From a virus: 64,000 nucleotides of DNA. The stretch spans positions 9,533-73,532 of the IMG/VR virus record IMGVR_UViG_3300031787_000075; one strand, 5' to 3'. Numbering within the stretch: position 1 is the stretch's first letter; each line of letters opens with the position of its first letter. Made by a program: the position numbers and the translations under genes. Below, one piece after another: positions 62,601 through 64,000 of this stretch. Below the pieces are notes generated by a model. That model saw nothing but the letters and a program-made list of their open reading frames with translations. It did not search any database and had not been told where the DNA came from.

Positions 62601-64000
62601 TTACTGGGTCTGCGGCTGTTCTTGCCATTTCTCCCACAATTACAGATATGGGTTGAGCAACTCCGTATTTGAAAGCTGCTTTTTCAGCATACTTTTTACC
62701 AGCTTTTAAAATAAGCTCTTTTACGGCTGTTCTTGCAGGTGCGGCAGCAAAGTTTCCTGCTGCCATATCTACCATGTAAGGAACACTAATGGTTGTAATC
62801 TCTCCTGCAGTAAATCCAAAAGTAGGTTTTGCGTCTTGCTGATAGGCTTGGTCCATACCTAAACTATGTAACAGCAATTTTTCTCCATCTGTTAATGGAA
62901 CACCGTTTTTAACCTTTTTATTTATATCGTAAAGCTTTAGGTTGTTAGATAGTTCTAATGCAGTTTTAACATAAGGTATTGGCAAATTTTTGCCGTATTT
63001 AAAGCCGTAACCTATACCTTCTGACAGGGTTCCACCACCAAGTTCAGGTCTAGCTAGTGTGGCTCTGATTTGGTCTTCTGCCTGCTTTAAAGTTCCTAAA
63101 TCTTCATTATACTTTTCATTGGTAACGACAGGAACAGCACCAAAACCGCCTATATTCATAGACAATCCAGGTGTTTCAGGACCTTTATTCTTTTCTAATT
63201 CGGCTTTTTCTGCCTCTATTTCTTTTAATGCGTCTTGGGCCCAATCTCTTACTCCGTAACTTGTAACATCACCTTTTGGTGTTCTACTTGCAGCCATTAC
63301 AAACTCGGAGAAATATTGCTCTCTGTATTTTTCTATGAAATCTTTGTTGTAACCCTTTTTCTCTAACATGGCTCTTGTCGAATCCCATGTAGCGGCAATA
63401 ATCCTTTTCTTATCGTCAAAGTTCATTTGTTTGAACCTATCTGAATTGGCTATGCTATTAATAGTGTATATGGCACGATTGGACAATACCCTGTCTTTTA
63501 AAACAGCTTGTTGATACCTTCTTTCGGCTTCTGAATTAAAGTAGGTTTGTAATTTAGGTTTAACAACCGACTCAAATTCTTGCTCCCATAAACCGCTAAC
63601 AGCATCGTTCAACTCTTTGTTTAAAGATTCATTCAAACCTTTTAATGCTGCTTCTGCGTCTTGTTTTGATAACTGGCCTTGTTGATACGCGGCAGCTAGT
63701 TCTTTGTTTTTTTGCTCGTACTTAGATACTAATTCGGATTTAACCTTGTTTATAGTGGCAGAAGCCTTATCGGATTTAACCCAATTTTCATACTCTTCTT
63801 TGGCTTTTTGCTGTTGCTCTTCCTCTGTTATTTTAGCTGCCTCTACATAATCTAGCTGCCTGTCTGCTTTGTTCTTTATAACCTCTTTCAGCTTTGGAAC
63901 AGCATTGGCCATGGCAACATTGTCTGCTACTGCAGATAGTATTAATTGCGCCTTTTGATCTGGATTAGGTTCCTTGCCTTGAAATTCAGGTTCAGTATAT
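47695..64000 (-). CDS. Giant DarB-like polyvalent (putative ejected virion) protein, >5400 aa, 5' end outside the window
   Basis: Frame stays open from 63912 to the window edge. Domains: DarA_C-like (~59770-59930), SF2 helicase (GTGTGKT ~58350, DESD, MSATP, GIDLHD, QPEGRIFR), N6-MTase (LEPSAGSG, NPPF ~56100), ART-like (YHGSP..GWGLYFT), HEFGH and HEGMH zincin motifs, PRTase (IDDVSTSGATL ~52060), LPD38-like C-terminus. Confidence 0.9.
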   Translation of the reverse strand, partial: YTEPEFQGKEPNPDQKAQLILSAVADNVAMANAVPKLKEVIKNKADRQLDYVEAAKITEEEQQQKAKEEYENWVKSDKASATINKVKSELVSKYEQKNKELAAAYQQGQLSKQDAEAALKGLNESLNKELNDAVSGLWEQEFESVVKPKLQTYFNSEAERRYQQAVLKDRVLSNRAIYTINSIANSDRFKQMNFDDKKRIIAATWDSTRAMLEKKGYNKDFIEKYREQYFSEFVMAASRTPKGDVTSYGVRDWAQDALKEIEAEKAELEKNKGPETPGLSMNIGGFGAVPVVTNEKYNEDLGTLKQAEDQIRATLARPELGGGTLSEGIGYGFKYGKNLPIPYVKTALELSNNLKLYDINKKVKNGVPLTDGEKLLLHSLGMDQAYQQDAKPTFGFTAGEITTISVPYMVDMAAGNFAAAPARTAVKELILKAGKKYAEKAAFKYGVAQPISVIVGEMARTAADPVKWGKSFVEHMNPEVKFAFGMDVDADKQKTAGNDVVGIDEMVAILDRSQYDLLGQKTGKGMDPVEAFAYAFLDNLKENLSERIGGALGGEVSEQLVKTLARNNEWAKRMIIATMLRKNGGLNPNSFQKTLKELKDATGLNGIIGENIEEYAAAAAEDFMYNRQFGTSFTPEFFKETAAVTGLIQVPMQLVGLSAKYMGENRTYKVNYRKGDGEIAEIEIPLDIASKVFSPKGKVEASNWLNTELGKTNLTPEQRLAVLQNMNSKMYWDEVRAKSKSMFGASYDALNDENQTAVRDAAYKAIAPFVKTRDQMLLDKLKRDESNKDSVPAEPTQETETPVSEGGEPPVTPPSTPPSPSDGAGAMPLTADEEGSEGVEGDPEQELNDIADKIIMGLPLEPNELEIVKSNSVWFEDKLKDMEVEIPEPEAQKQELTGLGQENDEAYQKAMSGFRDKFLEERGLTLDEFNALPPDEKKMVEDAYEIYLQEVQEAEEEAWDEERKAKQGKPKKKPRFEAQNETDFLAQELEGSRFKMESIKSLSDRNLFETGKKRGNPYALNWFTSRPGAQSLDEFVSFMIDDEQSVFYGKDEKDVIKKITDFIIENPGGATSYINERIKQIELQNNIDRQSLENPDLLNQIDEFVSEFSDEEVEEMLLWMEQEGNLEEVEKMVDEWLKGEYLSQFGGFVHYFTDKFNPSKEGTSIKEPALAKKIKQLIDENRKKQQGVDSKGETGDKVEKDGDGKGEEEKQEVNEAINSKIFVFGLFDGFAVSNRTKERTNKDSAQYKEVFDPRTTDGQNNTKSFIKIIERNGKKYRVVGLRMSNPQTIINGQPDRSGMSYAGIIDDGNLPNNIDDLLIKKAIQEGKDLYENTVKLKDSDFIMPSEYKSKTTPESKEYRYELRNRPFTIGSYPKEDTFLRFEQTDGSRFGYVVYSEKLPAEKWQSFELAPETEILEATKGKVFESEYYNRIIATPREGNTNFVSVEMSEPKDGSEHTETITLSAKEFFKNIEDKFFVEKTAPSAKKSTPKPKKKSGPSIDNLNLDDFNMDDLDMLGEADLFGSGPESGKSDIRKDYEKTLAAAKKELKEASKDLDDTKSRARKEGVEGNTLDQILRPKRARYEMALKQLDIIRNQEKNVRIGEESQQKLFEGSVSDFLKKELTPEQMAAGKRFINQFFEKGIYDFPRIAEVVRAKAGDTVLYDKLPALVKVYSAEMISVDDDIADKMSNRAQVRSYVENFITELNTEQDDTADNEEGGTDDPTKDQGGSGPSGNQQGNQPNNNSGSGTPGSGSGGTGASSGAGGGSGTPSGKSGGQGNNSGGGNSGTGNGNTPTGQSGNDGRGAGKGKESDGNTPSPKLTFDEKKALQLAAEPVPVIVSDKENINFTVPFALDSQKEDVFRAENALFTQGKKGILFTNGTGTGKTSTALAIVKRFIKEGRQDGFQVYVNNKPVRRFQSEKEANDFADTLKSEDKKVEVREDFGKERRVLVLTPKQSINNKFVNEASWFNMDAYNLQDTKDVGDGYNLVVTTHANFRDNENVQNQDWDMIVVDESDQIMSSQEGKSTNAVNALRIAAKHYSTTRKIAESRIGSPELQRLNEEIQSLEQEMETGRNEDIVSFLRTVAQKRARLNELVELRNAERKAYEKLIEAESERMQGMTKVVFMSATPFASSPALDYAEGFLFDYPKDKNGQRSQTQFMAQNFAWRVNDYGKVKDKSGGRGVDQGFLEREFHEKLKAEGVLFTRMLDSEYDYSRTFILFLDPEGEQGIGRMIDKGIQVLESDEFKLRDLVLKKFNFLYTMRLLEAYKAKMSIPLIEKLLSQNKKIVIFHNYNEGAPSHPFHFTAEEIAKAAGSHEGAMARIQQIQTKIKEFNQKYPEFYNLDMTGLVNPIATITSNFPSQSLVFNGSVSKSKRLSIINEFNESANKNIIIVQKEAGKAGIDLHDQLGNAQRVEINLGIPIMSNDAIQPEGRIFRVGNRSNAVFLYPAIHTNFERFIWSDKSAPRSGTTENFALGNDARGMEETLRTGYLEAIPVEEFYSKLDSGDYGVGGKTYDKQLNQLSAYQKAIQHYHLRQKRSRNREPEGVDYYPTPEPLGFKIVEWADIKPGQEVLEPSAGSGSIARYVPELTGLDIIEPSADLRSQAAMLSHKNSNHFGDRFEDLALVNKYDRIVMNPPFGHAGKTAMDHLAKAFQHLRDGGRVVALVPQGKMDERLNNFLYGENAPENAVLRAVIKLPPVTFEKAGTNVNTQIVIIDKISDEDLRNKVAAMGGSTLGAPNTMLKDLVTIKELFDEIEDMGVPPTIDMEPKQGSSPSQGQNKNQFELIKNYHAKEKRDNWVVKMNVRIDDFAPANAKAKELGGNYSSYKAQGAIPGFQFKTEASAKEFLEWISGGPKLQKETVDFPLTESEVEFRDNLTKALTDSFEGVVDEVVVEPSFRWMIAGDYLAQVEVYHGSPFKFNKFELSKIGTGEGAQAFGWGLYFTDLESIAKDYARKIQIQGVLNKNIPVFADVAIKEEMSLDKDVLIKNLTSKINDGIHNSVTVQKAIDFLVASTQSDLNKLLVGNKNRNLYKVSLHKGKTPSEYTWLEWDKEVSLTDVIKINKAIEEKGFDGRVSTAIKGKELYSELVKIFGDEYKVEWGKQASLFLLENGIDGIKYPAESIARGATSGNARGFNYVVFNENAISIEDIISFEKVSTGEVLGAFYKDRVYIDPRLARPETPIHEFGHAFTKLLSEHRPDVLRRGLELVVGSKYLEEVENNPAYAKLTYKQKQEEALVRAIADKGVVMAANEKKGFTEWLKEFWQAIKDIVGLDKVTAKQLSEMDLDAFTQAAVKTMFDKAAIQDIAKDKTAKTIVVDWYSRLNSAIEQKGNTMTGAQWKDWIEARANEGLLDREEVYWTGFEDYIEENKYNKITKDAALKFLKENKVEIAEKILSTEKKSSLDGATIAEARLFLSENNLSRGEDSSYYVFGSGWDATEEDVVYIEDVRDAVTKYNQNPNEDSLKVLEQELITSNLIQNPDAFATAMDMLDYANKFLNSVDTIKEAVQDEIRESYFEEYENQINSTRLQYTSPDLSNKKEIVIYASGREFSSNAKYSKEVELYNLNDDIHFGTVTTGRALVWLRFGDSVTEDGRKVMVIDEIQSQRHEAGRDYGYKGQFFVTKMNGDKIKGAPIFYSSEEAEDWAINNPEFTDQSYRIKEGKTPIAPFKKTYTDLAAKRALKYAVENGYDAVAWNTGEQVSQRFRISNVVDTIQYNYFKTYDNYFITGTYNNKEVFFETNVSFDRVKDLLGSEIANKIKNGEGREYSTGLKEIKVDEHTIGSEPMKKYYGSVKEGEIGDVGKAFEKVARKYDKNVRVSPIDVDMDYAKGYTSGMSIPITDNLYNALSDRGLPLMQVENINHTSISNLVKTKDYEKAKSGDIISAYEIVNKIVKSERLSSISNYPNAKLIPVISNERTGRNMLPLAYAQKIHEIYGNEIETDIVQSNRSYHTGASPAARLLRPVYFDGKINPGQEYILIDDVSTSGATLKALEIFVEENGGKVVLSTNLAQGRFGPNQIISKDLLNKLNDKFGKEKLNTFVQDYGIARNTEELTKGQAARIYKFKSLNSIRDKFFEAERQRIFNEVESPQYEVSKTKLEAAIDDLKSEWDKNKSLGIRPNQNDPTGLVMAGKFIKVVALYVKQGITNFKDLAVRLGQGSEEWIRYAYERVKTKYKAVTTDSLALAVFGQGASKGFVDAVSAAKLMPAKTLREFLQNMDALAAATDNEEQKQIFASLKSMAYQDLKTAQQFISEVGNAKPNVQIAVNRNGVPQYIYNDRGMGPLTADYFSLSGRVKKALNDIGVPVREKKVPRALGAYFIRQKYIGTRSLMEIFTAIHEGMHFIDQTNGMAKNIIDSGDKDLINELKQIYQEFYPNAKPTHPTSLQVIEGLAVFMNEYLADPIKISQDYSEIFNKVFVSGSTYNHPLVNKLYDAMANIMDGVKQLSPIFSTGLRMADAQQEVKKGFGAESSWKNVNVSDVGFKMYMALQFDTGSAFRTLDELADTALSDESLEIAYFTNMQSGPIAQAWLNGKQMMAIIQKNGTYKYEKLSVNSILDELGRIAKKNDRDIEFVRDVFNQYLINRRAKGDYNRMVDAKNDYDMYMANFPDPDAMTPVQAQIAKRLLDKFVEYRTIVNNDNFDIRQVNAGIAAFEKEFKDATAIFDKINEHLLEVARNTGLISEESYKEWSKNKDYASFQRYIHDDLMTGGGNSQGGNLTQFKKRTGSSGKSFIGPLEAMILHIPKTIMKGYNNMFWMKFAQFVNEHGEDMGISKRQLNQDFIRVPKTAVMIGGVPTFGHLENRGYVSFYINGSKQYYEAADWIKALATTLSPEDMNGAWEKILFAGANVFGLMTTAANPTFALRNFTIDQISAFINSTTGKRDFIGAGDAIQVFTQWRTVLNELGMKIDTPQGEELLKKYLALAGDRFNASKAFNFDRTETVGEIINRVSPKKTIGTKAKQVFDTAIDVLAAPVNATEIMTRFAEFKRAIDLGYDDSTALFMAANVSAPFYRRGLMFGRAGRVAYRSHVYWNASLQALLKNIESIKKNPKRGGGLAATLAFISAYSIMQVFNGGGDDDDIAAMANKPSEEFAKYVFIWGGPELKWIRVRVPESITAITGISQMAAFSYAYEKNKKAPFKYTPSQYFSPIREGLPGGVKQAEGILEGILTGDSDMAGANALQMIPTAVSPTINTLLSVKSYPTLMPIVTGEYANMESQYQQNKNTSEFAKWMGEKFGVSPMKTDYFLKAQFGANARFALELNSDSERKLLENPYRFATKNTWQRGREYALFWKQLEAVTKHKNSFNPMLESKGVNMLEIEKMFNDDHITPADYVKPENMKKFKKEFPVEAKQFEDSYKQFRFGENLKELSYIVDDLSEKESITPEQKLQWFELLYAFNRNLPMQYVQAKDFLDKLMTNKALIPAQKDKIKSIYGKLPKKM
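51714..51878 (-). CDS. Candidate overprinted 54-aa ORF nested in the giant gene (+1 frame)
   Basis: MESQETQKNLLKDKQQEFINSSRLTQSEINSLRQNAKESLMKLRAHNMKFQKQN*; TACATTTG -7 element at 51888-51895, 9 nt upstream of the ATG. Confidence 0.55.
   Translation of the reverse strand: MESQETQKNLLKDKQQEFINSSRLTQSEINSLRQNAKESLMKLRAHNMKFQKQN
58542..58874 (-). CDS. Candidate overprinted 110-aa ORF nested in the giant gene (+1 frame)
   Basis: Present in the ORF track; amphipathic, acidic, helical sequence exactly spanning the Gly/Ser/Asn linker before the helicase. Confidence 0.5.
   Translation of the reverse strand: MIQQIMKRVAQTTPLKTKEVQDLVETNKAISLTTIQDPVLQEAVQEVLALLLEQEAVQEHLAVNPEDREIIPVVETVEQAMEILLLDNPGMTEEEQEKARKAMETRLRQN
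60360..60464 (-). CDS. Candidate overprinted 34-aa ORF nested in the giant gene (+1 frame)
   Basis: MKTEKNSKELTPREKLAIKLKKMVMEKAKKKSKK*, preceded by an A-rich leader. Confidence 0.35.
   Translation of the reverse strand: MKTEKNSKELTPREKLAIKLKKMVMEKAKKKSKK

Noticed and set aside
48035-63259. Numerous + strand ORFs antisense to the giant gene and to other long genes
   Set aside because: S/F/L-rich shadow frames with no promoter or motif support.
1-64000. Stop-codon reassignment as seen in some crAss-like phages
   Set aside because: Long genes are intact under the standard code, and TAG and TGA both end genes normally.
47695-64000. Virion RNA polymerase identity for the giant protein
   Set aside because: No DxDGD/DxDxD catalytic motif in an RNAP context; helicase and MTase motifs indicate a DarB-like protein.

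Overview
This window is about 64 kb of a tailed dsDNA phage of Bacteroidota. The host is inferred from TAnnTTTG (-7) promoters upstream of most operons; the genetic code is standard. Left arm (1-17.4 kb, minus strand): a crAss-like morphogenesis and lysis module with ring/tail proteins, MCP, scaffold, portal, TerL, u-spanin, GroES, M15 endolysin, holin and a tail fibre. 17.6-20.2 kb (plus): a lambda-O-like initiator carrying internal iterons, and a tandem double-GroES protein. 20.9-21.3 kb: a non-coding strand-switch region with a dif-like XerCD site, an IHF-consensus box and parS-like half sites. 22-30.4 kb (plus): small early genes. 30.5-47 kb (minus): exonucleases, a C5 methyltransferase, a Tad2-like fusion, a Dda-like helicase, RecT/YqaJ, SSBs, RuvC, a primase-helicase and three glycosyltransferases, led by two degenerate tRNA-like elements. 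47.7 kb to the window edge: a >5400-aa DarB-like polyvalent protein that appears to contain overprinted +1-frame small genes, one with its own promoter. No DNA polymerase, RNA polymerase or integrase was recognised in the window. All calls come from reading motifs by eye; no database searches were run.
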